A stretch of 36,928 nucleotides of DNA, from assembly GCA_019662005.1 (NCBI GenBank), contig JAIFWG010000003.1, forward strand, positions 1 through 36,928. Reading direction: 5' to 3'. This stretch comes from Candidatus Parcubacteria bacterium (GTDB lineage Bacteria; Patescibacteriota; Minisyncoccia; 2-02-FULL-40-12; GWA2-44-9). Below, in pieces: positions 8,195 to 16,994 of this stretch. Made by a program: the position numbers and the translations under genes. Position 1 is the stretch's first letter. Each line of letters starts with the position of its first letter. The notes below the pieces were generated by a model. That model saw only the letters and a list, made by a program, of their open reading frames with translations, did no database searches and was not told where the DNA came from.

Positions 8195-8570
8195 AAAAGG
8201 GATCTCTGATGCTGTTAGAAGAAACAAAACAAGCACCGTTGACATGGCAATTGAAGAGAGACTTGCGAGTGCCGGACGGCGAGAACGTCACAGTATCATC
8301 TATCTCGGAGAGTTGGTGGAGCGACACCTGCGCGGGGAGATTGGCGCAATCCTCAAAGCTCTCACGGCAGGACGTATTTCAACTGAGCTTGGAAAATCAT
8401 CAGTATCTGGCGTCTCAGCAGAACGGGTATTAGGGCGTCTTGAGATGGCTGAAAGTTTATGGAATGACCTTGAACAGTTTGTGCATGACAAGGATAAATT
8501 GATTTCACAAGAAATAGAATCGATTCCGAAAGAAGATTTGTCGACAAAAACATTTAATTATCACCCTTAG
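8181..8570 (+). CDS. Hypothetical head-assembly-region protein (129 aa)
   Basis: Track ORF 8058-8570 trimmed to ATG 8181 (AGGA RBS); helical protein in the usual post-portal slot. Confidence 0.7.
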   Translation: MGRAKKGISDAVRRNKTSTVDMAIEERLASAGRRERHSIIYLGELVERHLRGEIGAILKALTAGRISTELGKSSVSGVSAERVLGRLEMAESLWNDLEQFVHDKDKLISQEIESIPKEDLSTKTFNYHP

Positions 8571-8576
8571 GAATAT

Positions 8577-8609
8577 ATGAAAAAAAAGAAAAAATCCAAA
8601 AAAAAGTAA
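8577..8609 (+). CDS. Poly-lysine micro-ORF MKKKKKSKKK
   Basis: ATG AAA AAA AAG AAA AAA TCC AAA AAA AAG TAA, preceded by AGGA. Confidence 0.4.
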   Translation: MKKKKKSKKK

Positions 8610-8621
8610 TTTAATTTAAAA

Positions 8622-8850
8622 CCCCGGCCTCATGAACCGGGGATAACCAACAAAGTAAGTCCTTAGCTAAGGCGAGAAGTGCGGAATAAAATCCGTGCTC
8701 TCGCCTTTTTTGTTGGCTGACCCGGCAGAAAACCGTGGAACCTTTTTCGGCACTGAAGAGCCGCAACTCTAAAAACTGTGCGAGCCTCAAACTCGTAAAA
8801 CTGTGAATTAGTGCCGGGGCAACTTGAGAGCCTTCAATCTCATGAAATGT
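8622..8850 (+). ncRNA. Highly structured leader RNA upstream of the scaffold gene
   Basis: Stems CCCCGG/CCGGGG, CCAACAAA/TTTGTTGG, AAGGCGAGA/TCTCGCCTT, CGGCACT/AGTGCCG, plus three repeated GAG-CC..AA-CTC hairpins. Confidence 0.6.
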
Positions 8851-8862
8851 GAGGAAACTAAC

Positions 8863-9879
8863 GTGACGGTAAAACAAACAATCTTAAATCCAGAGCAAAT
8901 AGCAGCTAATCGGGCACAAGATGCGACTTCCGAAAAGGAGTTCGCTTCTCGTTTAGCTCAGAGTATGGATTTGCCCTCAACTCTCACTGAAGAGATTGAT
9001 CAAGAAGAAAAGAACAGACAATCTCCTCCAAAAGTTGAGGAACCGGAAGAGCAGGTTGAGGAATCAGAAGAGCCTGAAACTGAAGATGTCGCCGAAGAAC
9101 CTGAATCAGAGACAGAGGAATCAGTTGAGGAAGAAGAAGATTTGATTCCGAGATCGAAGGTTCAGAAACGCTTTGATGAGCAGACGGCTCAAATCAAGGA
9201 TCTTGAGCGAAGACTTCAGAAAGAGACTCAAGCTCGGGAAGCGGCGACTCCAAAGACTGATCCTCAGCAGGATGCTCTTGAGAAAATGAGTGAATCGGAA
9301 CTAAAGACTTTAAAACGTCAAATTCGTGTGGAACAAATAAATCTTGGGGCAGACAAGGCGAATAGAGCTCAGCTTGATCAGCTTCTCGATTTAGAAGAAA
9401 AAATTGACCGCACGATTCAAACGGCTCCGGCTCGTTTTCAAAACACTCAAATCTCCCGGTTTAACCAAGCAGTTCAAGCAACAGCAGAGTCCTTTGAGAA
9501 TTTTGAATCTGTGAAAACGCAAATTTTTCAGCAAGCAAAGGCCATTTATGAATCAAGCCCCGAATTGCAGGGATCGGTTGCAGGCCAAGAGCGTGCATGG
9601 AAATTTGCAGTTGATCATTTCACGGCGGTTCAGAAAGCATCTGAGGGCAAATCCGATACGACTGAGTTAAAGAGACAGGTGAACACCTTGAAGAAGAAAA
9701 TCAGTGTGGATACGACTTCTAAGAAAGGCATTCAGCAGCCGGACAATGATGCCAAGCTTAAACGCCGGGCAATCAATGGGACGGAAGCTGACAAAACGAA
9801 TTTCTTGAAGACGCGCATCAATGTCAATGAACTTGTGCCTGATTCAGAGCTTCGCTCCCTGGAGAACATGAGGAGATAG
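8863..9879 (+). CDS. Capsid scaffolding protein
   Basis: Acidic E/P-rich N-terminus, IPRSKVQKRFDE motif and coiled coils, directly before the capsid gene; GTG 8863 with GAGG RBS is preferred over TTG 8824. Confidence 0.85.
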   Translation: MTVKQTILNPEQIAANRAQDATSEKEFASRLAQSMDLPSTLTEEIDQEEKNRQSPPKVEEPEEQVEESEEPETEDVAEEPESETEESVEEEEDLIPRSKVQKRFDEQTAQIKDLERRLQKETQAREAATPKTDPQQDALEKMSESELKTLKRQIRVEQINLGADKANRAQLDQLLDLEEKIDRTIQTAPARFQNTQISRFNQAVQATAESFENFESVKTQIFQQAKAIYESSPELQGSVAGQERAWKFAVDHFTAVQKASEGKSDTTELKRQVNTLKKKISVDTTSKKGIQQPDNDAKLKRRAINGTEADKTNFLKTRINVNELVPDSELRSLENMRR

Positions 9880-9883
9880 TCCA

Positions 9884-10810
9884 GTGGCAACACAACCTAC
9901 AGTTAACACCTATTTACAGAAAGGTAATCGTGAAGATTTAGCGTCTGAAGTTGCAGCGCTTTATCCTGACGAAGTTCCTTTCTTTGCAATGGCAGGGAAA
10001 GTTAAAGCAACGGCCAGAACACATGAATGGATGACGGATGTTCTTGCGTCTACCAGTCGTACTGGCTCCATCGAAGGAGCATCGGTTACTTACGCCGCTC
10101 CTGGAATGCGTACTCGTGTTACGAACTATACGCACATTAAACACCGCAACTTTGACGTTACCTTCACTCAAATTGCCGTGGATAAAGCGGGTGTTCGTGA
10201 TGAAATTGCGAACCAGGTCATGAAAGCGATGAAAAGTTTGCTTCGTGATTATGATTCCATTTTCTTGTGGAGCACTGTAGCAACGGCTGGCGCTACGGGT
10301 TTGGCTCGGCGTTCTGCGGGTCTTTTCAAGGTCATTATCTCGAACACGGCCTTAGGAACGGGAACTGGCTCATCGGGACGTATCCAGATCACTGAAGCGA
10401 ATGTGAATATCGTGCTTCAGAAGATTTGGAATAATGGTGGAAATCCTCGCGCTTTGTTTTGCGGTGGATTCCATAAACGCGTTATTTCCCAGAAGTTCAG
10501 CGCGAAGACGGGTTTCACGTGGAACATTGAAGCCTCGACTCGCACTGCGATTCAGAACGTGAATAAGTACGAGGGTTCATTTGGGACGGTTGACGTTATT
10601 CCTGACCGGAACATGATGGCTTCTCGCGTTGCAATCGTGACTCCTGAAATGGCGAAGATTGCAATTCTTCGCGATGTTCAGCAGTACAAAGGGGCAGCAA
10701 CAGCCTCTTCTGTCAAGGGCTGGGTCGAAGCTGAAATGTGTCTTCAGTACGGAAATGAGAAGGCTCATGGTCAACTTCGTTGGCTGAGATCAACGGGAAC
10801 AATTTCGTAA
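9884..10810 (+). CDS. Major capsid protein, SU10/DUF5309-type HK97 fold
   Basis: GNREDL...PF...HEWMTD.L...EG...R.TNYT.I...YEGSFG...NEKAHG; AGGAG RBS. Confidence 0.92.
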   Translation: MATQPTVNTYLQKGNREDLASEVAALYPDEVPFFAMAGKVKATARTHEWMTDVLASTSRTGSIEGASVTYAAPGMRTRVTNYTHIKHRNFDVTFTQIAVDKAGVRDEIANQVMKAMKSLLRDYDSIFLWSTVATAGATGLARRSAGLFKVIISNTALGTGTGSSGRIQITEANVNIVLQKIWNNGGNPRALFCGGFHKRVISQKFSAKTGFTWNIEASTRTAIQNVNKYEGSFGTVDVIPDRNMMASRVAIVTPEMAKIAILRDVQQYKGAATASSVKGWVEAEMCLQYGNEKAHGQLRWLRSTGTIS

Positions 10811-10833
10811 GCAATTGTTTCTAACGGTTTTCG

Positions 10834-10859
10834 CAGGGGTTTTCCTTTAAAAACCCCTG
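10834..10859 (+). terminator. 10-bp hairpin after the capsid gene (weak terminator or mRNA stabiliser)
   Basis: CAGGGGTTTT/AAAACCCCTG with no following U-tract. Confidence 0.55.
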
Positions 10860-10865
10860 ACTCTT

Positions 10866-11324
10866 ATGGAAGAACAGACAAGTCCAATATTAGAACAGGG
10901 AAGACAGGAATCCATCCGGGAAATCGTTAAAGAAAATCCCGGAATTGAGCAGAATGCTTTTGATTTTATTAAAGCGGTAGGGAAACGATTTATCGAAAAA
11001 CAGGTGGCCCGTTTTCCTGAAATCTGTGAGATCGCAAGAGTTCAGAACATCCTTGAATGGAAAGATTACGAAAAATACGGGAAAAAAGGGAAGTTTACAG
11101 ATTCTTATGGGTGGTCAGAAGACGGAACTTTCAAGTTTGATTACCAAATCCCTCAAGAACTTTACATGTTCATGGTGAATCTTGTTGATCCCTACTTTTG
11201 GGATAATGAAAGAGTTTGGCGAAAATTCATGAAAAGAATCTGTGATGGGGAAGATGCCCTTGATTCATTGATGCAAGCCAAGATGTATTACGGGCCTGCG
11301 TTCCGCCCGATGGAGACAAATTAG
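10866..11324 (+). CDS. Hypothetical protein
   Basis: Track ORF, 152 aa, post-capsid position. Confidence 0.75.
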   Translation: MEEQTSPILEQGRQESIREIVKENPGIEQNAFDFIKAVGKRFIEKQVARFPEICEIARVQNILEWKDYEKYGKKGKFTDSYGWSEDGTFKFDYQIPQELYMFMVNLVDPYFWDNERVWRKFMKRICDGEDALDSLMQAKMYYGPAFRPMETN

Positions 11325-11792
11325 ATGGGCCAGACAATTACAAGGTTGGCGGACAGAAAATTAGAGGGCAAAGCTGTTTTTAATAACCGTTTTGTTGTTG
11401 AGATTTGCGAAAAGGTCCATGTCCATTATAGGAATCTACGAATCATTCTTTCTCTTAAAGATTGGATTAGCGTCGCGCAAGGAATGGCGGACGCCTTGAA
11501 ACGTTGGGAAAAACTTGGAAGCCCCGATCCTGGAGATAGACACATTGAATTATGTCGCAAAGAGGTAGCCTGTGACCCTATTGGTTCTGACGATATTGCT
11601 ATTAATCTTAATCGCAATTTGTACCTTTTAAATGAAGGAAAGATTTTTGCTGAGGGCGCAGAACTTAGCGATCAAACTTACATTCACTTAAAAGTTAGAG
11701 ATCAGCGCCTAGAACTGTCCCTCAGCGAATTCAATCAACTCGCGGATGCAATTATTGAAGCGAAGGATAAATTGTGCGTACCGCAGTCCTAG
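11325..11792 (+). CDS. Hypothetical protein with internal duplication
   Basis: VHVHYRNLRIILSLKDWISVAQGMADA aligns with IHLKVRDQRLELSLSEFNQLADAIIEA. Confidence 0.75.
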   Translation: MGQTITRLADRKLEGKAVFNNRFVVEICEKVHVHYRNLRIILSLKDWISVAQGMADALKRWEKLGSPDPGDRHIELCRKEVACDPIGSDDIAINLNRNLYLLNEGKIFAEGAELSDQTYIHLKVRDQRLELSLSEFNQLADAIIEAKDKLCVPQS

Positions 11793-12379
11793 TTCCGATT
11801 TATAAAAGATTGGAATATGCGAGGCTTTGTATTGAGGCTATTAAAAAATCAAAAGATTATGAATCTGCTGAATTTTACTTTTTGGATGGTTCCTCAGGTC
11901 TTCGGAACACCATCATTGATTTCTTTGAAGAGGTTCGCGGCAAATATGAATATTTGGCAAAGATGGATTCCGATTGCCTCGTCCCTGATAACTGGTTGAA
12001 AGATTTGACGCATATTCTTGATACGACCGATTATGACATTATTTCTCCCAATGTCTTTCCATCTAATGCAGCCTTTCTTTATGGGCGAGAAGGCGCGATC
12101 GTTCGTCCCTCCGAATCAGTGGGGGGCCTTTGGTGCATGAGAGCGAGCCTCATAAAAGATATGAATTTTGAGCGTTATTCTCCAAATGGAATTTCCGGGG
12201 CTTTTAATCTTTTAACTCAGATCATTAAAGAGAATGAGGCGAAGTGTGGTTGGATTCCATCCGTCACCATCCAAGATATCGGACACTGGAGCGGCGCTCA
12301 TCCTCTTCATATTAAGAGCAAAGAACATGAAGAATACTCAGCGGAAGTTAGACGCGATGTCTCCTGGAGTGCGGCATGA
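11774..12379 (+). CDS. GT-A fold (GT2-like) glycosyltransferase
   Basis: VLVPIYKR start, AKMDSDCLV DxD motif, VGGLW, IQDIG. Confidence 0.8.
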   Translation: MRTAVLVPIYKRLEYARLCIEAIKKSKDYESAEFYFLDGSSGLRNTIIDFFEEVRGKYEYLAKMDSDCLVPDNWLKDLTHILDTTDYDIISPNVFPSNAAFLYGREGAIVRPSESVGGLWCMRASLIKDMNFERYSPNGISGAFNLLTQIIKENEAKCGWIPSVTIQDIGHWSGAHPLHIKSKEHEEYSAEVRRDVSWSAA

Positions 12380-12918
12380 TTGTACGCGTCGATGATGTGT
12401 CTCCAAATACAAACATGGCAGACCTCAATAAATCAGCCGAATTTATGCACGAAGTTTTGGGTGCAGAGATTTGGTATTGCGTCAATCTTTTTTCAAAACT
12501 TTCTATTTATGGAAGCGTTTATCCCGATCTTCCGATGCGAAACCGCGATCTTAAATATTTTATGGATGTAGACAGAATCATGCGCGATTTTGCATTTCCA
12601 GAATATGTGAAGAAGGTATCTCACGGCTTAATTCATTCTGATCATGGAAAAATGTCTGATGGGGCGCAGGAACTCTCTATTGTTACGTCCTGTAGATTTC
12701 TCGGTGCAGATACTTTTGTTACGCCTTTCACGTCATGGAATGAGGCGACAGAACGAATTTGTGAAAAAAACCGGATTACGCTTATTAACGGACAAGGTTG
12801 GAAATCTCTCGAATCTGAGCCATTCTCTATTGACCATGACAAGTGGTTTTTTCATCCGTGGCGAATGAACTCCTCGCAAATAAGGGTCGCGATCAATGCC
12901 TGCAAAATCAATGCATAG
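12376..12918 (+). CDS. Polysaccharide deacetylase-like (NodB/CE4-type) protein
   Basis: IVRVDDV, SHGLIHSDH, FVTPF..WN and FHPW motifs. Confidence 0.8.
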   Translation: MIVRVDDVSPNTNMADLNKSAEFMHEVLGAEIWYCVNLFSKLSIYGSVYPDLPMRNRDLKYFMDVDRIMRDFAFPEYVKKVSHGLIHSDHGKMSDGAQELSIVTSCRFLGADTFVTPFTSWNEATERICEKNRITLINGQGWKSLESEPFSIDHDKWFFHPWRMNSSQIRVAINACKINA

Positions 12919-13441
12919 TTACGCTGAAACGCTCTATGCGATTCTGGATGAATTTAAACCAAGGGTTTGTTTTGAGTGGGGGCCTGGAACATCCACTCAG
13001 ATCATGGCTTTACATCCAAGTGTCCAGCGTCTCGATTCTGTCGAGAATGAGCAGATTTTCTATGATTTGATTGAACGGCTTCATTATGACAATGTGAATT
13101 TTCATTATTTTCGTGAAATGGATGAATACGTCGAGGCCCTTAAAGGCAATTATGATTTTGTGTTTATTGATGGGCGTGATCGTTCAAGATGTCTAGATGT
13201 TGCAAAAAAACATTCTCCTATCGTTATGTTGCATGACGCGGCTCGTTCAGACTATAGGCAAGCTATTCATGAATATCAATTCAAAGTTTGGACAGATTTC
13301 GGACAAACGGTGTCTCTTACAAATAATATTCAGGTTTATTCGAGGCTCAAATCTGCTCTCAATACTCTTGAATGTGATGAGCCGAAAGAAGAGAAAATTC
13401 GCATCATTCCACAAGCTGAATTTAAAGGGATGGCGGTATGA
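12896..13441 (+). CDS. Class I SAM-dependent methyltransferase (sugar O-methyltransferase type)
   Basis: FEWGPGTST, SVEN, YDFVFIDGRDR and MLHDA motifs. Confidence 0.85.
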   Translation: MPAKSMHSYAETLYAILDEFKPRVCFEWGPGTSTQIMALHPSVQRLDSVENEQIFYDLIERLHYDNVNFHYFREMDEYVEALKGNYDFVFIDGRDRSRCLDVAKKHSPIVMLHDAARSDYRQAIHEYQFKVWTDFGQTVSLTNNIQVYSRLKSALNTLECDEPKEEKIRIIPQAEFKGMAV

Positions 13442-13983
13442 AACTTGGCTGTCACCAACCGAATTTCGTTCCCTGGCTTTCTTATTTCCACAAGATTCAG
13501 AAAAGCGATGTTTTTGTTGTCATGATTCACTGCCAATTTGAAAAGAATAATTTTCAAAATCGTTTTAATCTTGACGAGAAGTGGATCACCAAACCCGTTA
13601 CGGGTGGAATGACAACCATTAAGGATAAATTCTATACAGATGGAAACAAGCTTATTGATGTGAATATGCCACTCATTATTGGTTTTTGTAAGATGTTAAG
13701 TATTAACACCTCCAAGATTCATTATGACTTTGAAACTAAAAATAAAGGGACTGAGAGGATTATTGAGATATGTAAAAGATTCCAGTGCGATGAATATCTT
13801 ACAAATCCTGACTCAATGAATAAATATCTGGATGAAAAACTGATGAATGACAATGCGATTGAAGTTGTGGGCTGTGAACTTCCAAAACAATATCGAGTTC
13901 CACTTTTTACTGCCCTTGAAACATGGGGAGTGCAGGGCTGCATTAATATCATCCAGAAGGATTGGTCAAAATGCAAAGCGTAA
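13438..13983 (+). CDS. wbqC: WbqC-family protein
   Basis: HQPNFVPWLSYFHKIQKSDVFV...QF.KN.FQNR...W.T.PV signature. Confidence 0.9.
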   Translation: MKLGCHQPNFVPWLSYFHKIQKSDVFVVMIHCQFEKNNFQNRFNLDEKWITKPVTGGMTTIKDKFYTDGNKLIDVNMPLIIGFCKMLSINTSKIHYDFETKNKGTERIIEICKRFQCDEYLTNPDSMNKYLDEKLMNDNAIEVVGCELPKQYRVPLFTALETWGVQGCINIIQKDWSKCKA

Positions 13984-14426
13984 TGACTATCCCAATGCCT
14001 AATAGGGCTGATTGTGGGGAGAGATATCAATCAGTAATGGCTGATTATGGGGTATTTTTAAATCATAGTTTGATTGATATCGGATGTTCAAATGGATATT
14101 TCATGGCTCGCTTTGTAACTGACGGCGGCGGCAAAGCCGTTGGCGTGGAACCTGACGAAAAATTTAATCATGAGCTTATTGTTAGGAGCATTAAAGACGT
14201 CGAAGGAAATTTTGATATATGTTTTTATCTGGATTTGCATTATCACAATGGGATCAATTATTTCCCGTGGATCAAAGAGCGTGTTTCAACATTGTTTGTT
14301 GCTCCATCAGGCGTTGGAAACAATGACCGGCTAGAAGAAGATTTAACGAAAGAATTTGGAAATCATGAATTTATCAGCAGATCAAATTACGCTAACAGAA
14401 ACATTTACAAAGTGAGGGTTAAATGA
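13962..14426 (+). CDS. Class I SAM-dependent methyltransferase
   Basis: LIDIGCSNGYF, AVGVE and FDI motifs; the start may be 13983. Confidence 0.8.
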   Translation: MVKMQSVMTIPMPNRADCGERYQSVMADYGVFLNHSLIDIGCSNGYFMARFVTDGGGKAVGVEPDEKFNHELIVRSIKDVEGNFDICFYLDLHYHNGINYFPWIKERVSTLFVAPSGVGNNDRLEEDLTKEFGNHEFISRSNYANRNIYKVRVK

Positions 14427-14857
14427 CACCGGGTGATGTTAGATCAATTTATGCTTCAGGAACGGCTTATACATTAACGAACACAGCAACGGCTTTGGAT
14501 TTCGGAACCACTGACCCATCGGTGGTTCTTAACGCTCCTGGAACTTGGCTCATGTTCGGACGCGTAACGGTTCAAAATACAGGGGCAACTTTTGCGGCAA
14601 ATAGAGCCTACACTTTTAAGTTGAGGCGCACGAATAACACAGCTGCTGATGTGACAGGCGCAACGACAACTCAAAGTACAGATATTGTCACGACTGAAAC
14701 AATTACTTACACAGTAACGATTCCTCCGGCTCTTTATACAACAACGGCTGACTCCAATAATGATGCGATTACGATATTTGGGTCAGTCGCAACGGTACCA
14801 TCTGCCGGGACTTTTGACGTAACTGAAGCCTCAATCATAGCGCTCAAAATTTGCTAA
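14423..14857 (+). CDS. Thr-rich beta-sandwich virion (decoration-like) protein
   Basis: Thr/Ala/Gly-rich, alternating beta pattern, PGTWLM and SIIALKI C-terminus typical of spike or decoration domains. Confidence 0.6.
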   Translation: MTPGDVRSIYASGTAYTLTNTATALDFGTTDPSVVLNAPGTWLMFGRVTVQNTGATFAANRAYTFKLRRTNNTAADVTGATTTQSTDIVTTETITYTVTIPPALYTTTADSNNDAITIFGSVATVPSAGTFDVTEASIIALKIC

Positions 14858-15858
14858 TGGATACGCTGAGACAGTTTTTCTCTTTTATGAACGATGTGAG
14901 TTTTCCATACGTCGTTTTGCGTAATTGGGAAAGACTGCCTTATGACGTTACGCTTGGGGAACACAGCGATCTTGATCTATTGGTTTACGATTTTAATCAC
15001 TGGAAAGAAATATTCCCGCAGGCAAAACCAGAGTTTGCTTATCCGCGTGTTCGCATGAAAGTTCCGATTGATGATTCTTATGTCTATGTGGATGTGAGAC
15101 ATATTGGGGATGATTATTATCCGGCTGATTTTGAGAAGGCTATCCTCGAAAAAAGAGAATGGAGTCAGCGGGGATTTTATACTCCAGACCCTCTTCATCA
15201 CAGGATTGCTCTTGCTTATCACATTGTTCATCACAAGGCGATGATCTCAGATAATTACAGAAAATATATCGGAGATGCGAAGATTCCTGAATTGCTTGAG
15301 GCTCTGAGAAATTCTAATGTTGGGTGGATTGAACCCAAAGACAAATCCGTTGGGGCCTTTAATGGATATTGGAAAGGGGCAACATCAATCGTCAGTAGAG
15401 AGAACGGAAAAATTCTAAAAAGACAAGTTAGTTATCTGGATTATTCGCTTGTCCGCAACGAGTATGAAATCCTTTCAAGGTCAAGTTCTATCCATTTCCC
15501 GGAAGTCTATTCTTGTGATGTCGAAAAGAGAGAAATCGAGATTCAGGATTGTGGAGAACCTTTGCTCAATAACCTTCCCGATAACTGGCTTCAGCAGCTA
15601 CGGAATATTTTAAATGATTTAGATACTTTTGGAATTATTCACAGAGACATAAAGCTTGATAATTTAATGGTGAAATACGATGTGATTAAGCTGATTGATT
15701 TCGGATGGGCCAAGTTCAAATCTGAGGAGGACGAGAAACCGCCGCCGTCCTGTCTTGGATTTCCAAACAAACCGTCGTGGGGTTTCGACGACAATTATTC
15801 TATGAACCGAGTTATTAAACAAATCGAGTTTGAATTGGAAGAGAAGGTTTTTGCATGA
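14857..15858 (+). CDS. Nucleotidyltransferase-like + protein-kinase-like fusion
   Basis: N-terminal YVVLRN...HSDLDLLV; C-terminal NE..IL, HFP, IIHRDIKLDNLMV and KLIDFGWA. Confidence 0.85.
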   Translation: MDTLRQFFSFMNDVSFPYVVLRNWERLPYDVTLGEHSDLDLLVYDFNHWKEIFPQAKPEFAYPRVRMKVPIDDSYVYVDVRHIGDDYYPADFEKAILEKREWSQRGFYTPDPLHHRIALAYHIVHHKAMISDNYRKYIGDAKIPELLEALRNSNVGWIEPKDKSVGAFNGYWKGATSIVSRENGKILKRQVSYLDYSLVRNEYEILSRSSSIHFPEVYSCDVEKREIEIQDCGEPLLNNLPDNWLQQLRNILNDLDTFGIIHRDIKLDNLMVKYDVIKLIDFGWAKFKSEEDEKPPPSCLGFPNKPSWGFDDNYSMNRVIKQIEFELEEKVFA

Positions 15859-16994
15859 AGATTCTTGGCATAGAACGCGATGATTCAGCTTGCAACTTTT
15901 ATAGAATTCTCATGCCTCTTGATAATGTCCTGAAACAGAATCTGGCTGATGTTGCAATCATTCACCAGAGAGATGTCGCCATGGATCGATCCATCAAACT
16001 TGCTCTTGAAGCTGATGTCATTGTGTTCCAACGGCCCGCAAACGAAGAATGGCTTCAGTTTATTAAGACTTGCCGGAAGTACGGAAAACACATTGTGGCC
16101 GATTATGATGACGATCCTTTCAATACTTCACCACTTAATCCCTTTTATCAATATATCGGGACAGAACCCGTGGAATATACATGGGCGGATGGAACGAAAG
16201 AAATGCTTTGGTCAGAAGATATGGTCAGTGGAGACGGTAATAAAATATTCAACATTGAGCGAAACATTGCTTTTCGGGATATGTTTAGATTGAATTTCAA
16301 GAAGGCTGATATGGTGACTTGTACGACTTCAATCTTACAAAACGAATTCTTGAAAATCACTCCAAACGTTTCAGTGCTTCCGAACGTTATTGATCCGACT
16401 TTTTGGCCTACGCTTCCGGAGTTTCCAAAAAGAGAAGTTAGGATTGGTTGGCAAGGTGGTTGGTCGCATTACGAAGATTTATATGAAATTGTTCCAGTGA
16501 TTAAAAATGTCCTTGAAAAACATGACAACGTGAAATTCGTTTATTTTGGAGATCAAAGATTCCGACATCTTTTCAAAGGCTGCGATCAAAACAAGATTGA
16601 ATGGCAGGACTGGGTGCATCATGAAACGTACCCTTACAAGATGACGCTTCTTAATCTTGATATTGGCATTTGTCCTCTTGCCAATAATTCTTTCAATTGG
16701 ACGAAATCCGCAATCAAGTGGATGGAATATTCGATGCTTGGATGCGCGACCGTAGCGGCGAATATTGAACCGTACGCCCCTGCGATTAAGAGCGGAGAAA
16801 CCGGATTTCTTGTTTCTGACAATTCTGAATGGGAAATGGCTCTTGACGCACTCATTGAAAATGGATGGCAACGCCGCCTCATGGCAAAACGGGCTTTCGC
16901 AGATGTCATGGAAAATCACAACATTCAGACAAAAGCAAAGTTATGGGTCGAAGCTTACGACGCAATGCTTCGCCCTAAAGAGGTAACTGTATGA
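15855..16994 (+). CDS. GT-B fold (GT4-like) glycosyltransferase
   Basis: CNFYR, VFQR, DYDD, LPN.ID, IGWQGG.SH, DIGICPL...FN..KS.IKWMEYS, ETGFL. Confidence 0.9.
   Translation: MKILGIERDDSACNFYRILMPLDNVLKQNLADVAIIHQRDVAMDRSIKLALEADVIVFQRPANEEWLQFIKTCRKYGKHIVADYDDDPFNTSPLNPFYQYIGTEPVEYTWADGTKEMLWSEDMVSGDGNKIFNIERNIAFRDMFRLNFKKADMVTCTTSILQNEFLKITPNVSVLPNVIDPTFWPTLPEFPKREVRIGWQGGWSHYEDLYEIVPVIKNVLEKHDNVKFVYFGDQRFRHLFKGCDQNKIEWQDWVHHETYPYKMTLLNLDIGICPLANNSFNWTKSAIKWMEYSMLGCATVAANIEPYAPAIKSGETGFLVSDNSEWEMALDALIENGWQRRLMAKRAFADVMENHNIQTKAKLWVEAYDAMLRPKEVTV

Noticed and set aside
11774..16994. Captured bacterial O-antigen or capsule locus, or serotype-conversion cassette
   Set aside because: No flippase, polymerase, membrane proteins or NDP-sugar synthesis genes; genes overlap structural genes in the late operon. 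Disfavoured rather than excluded.
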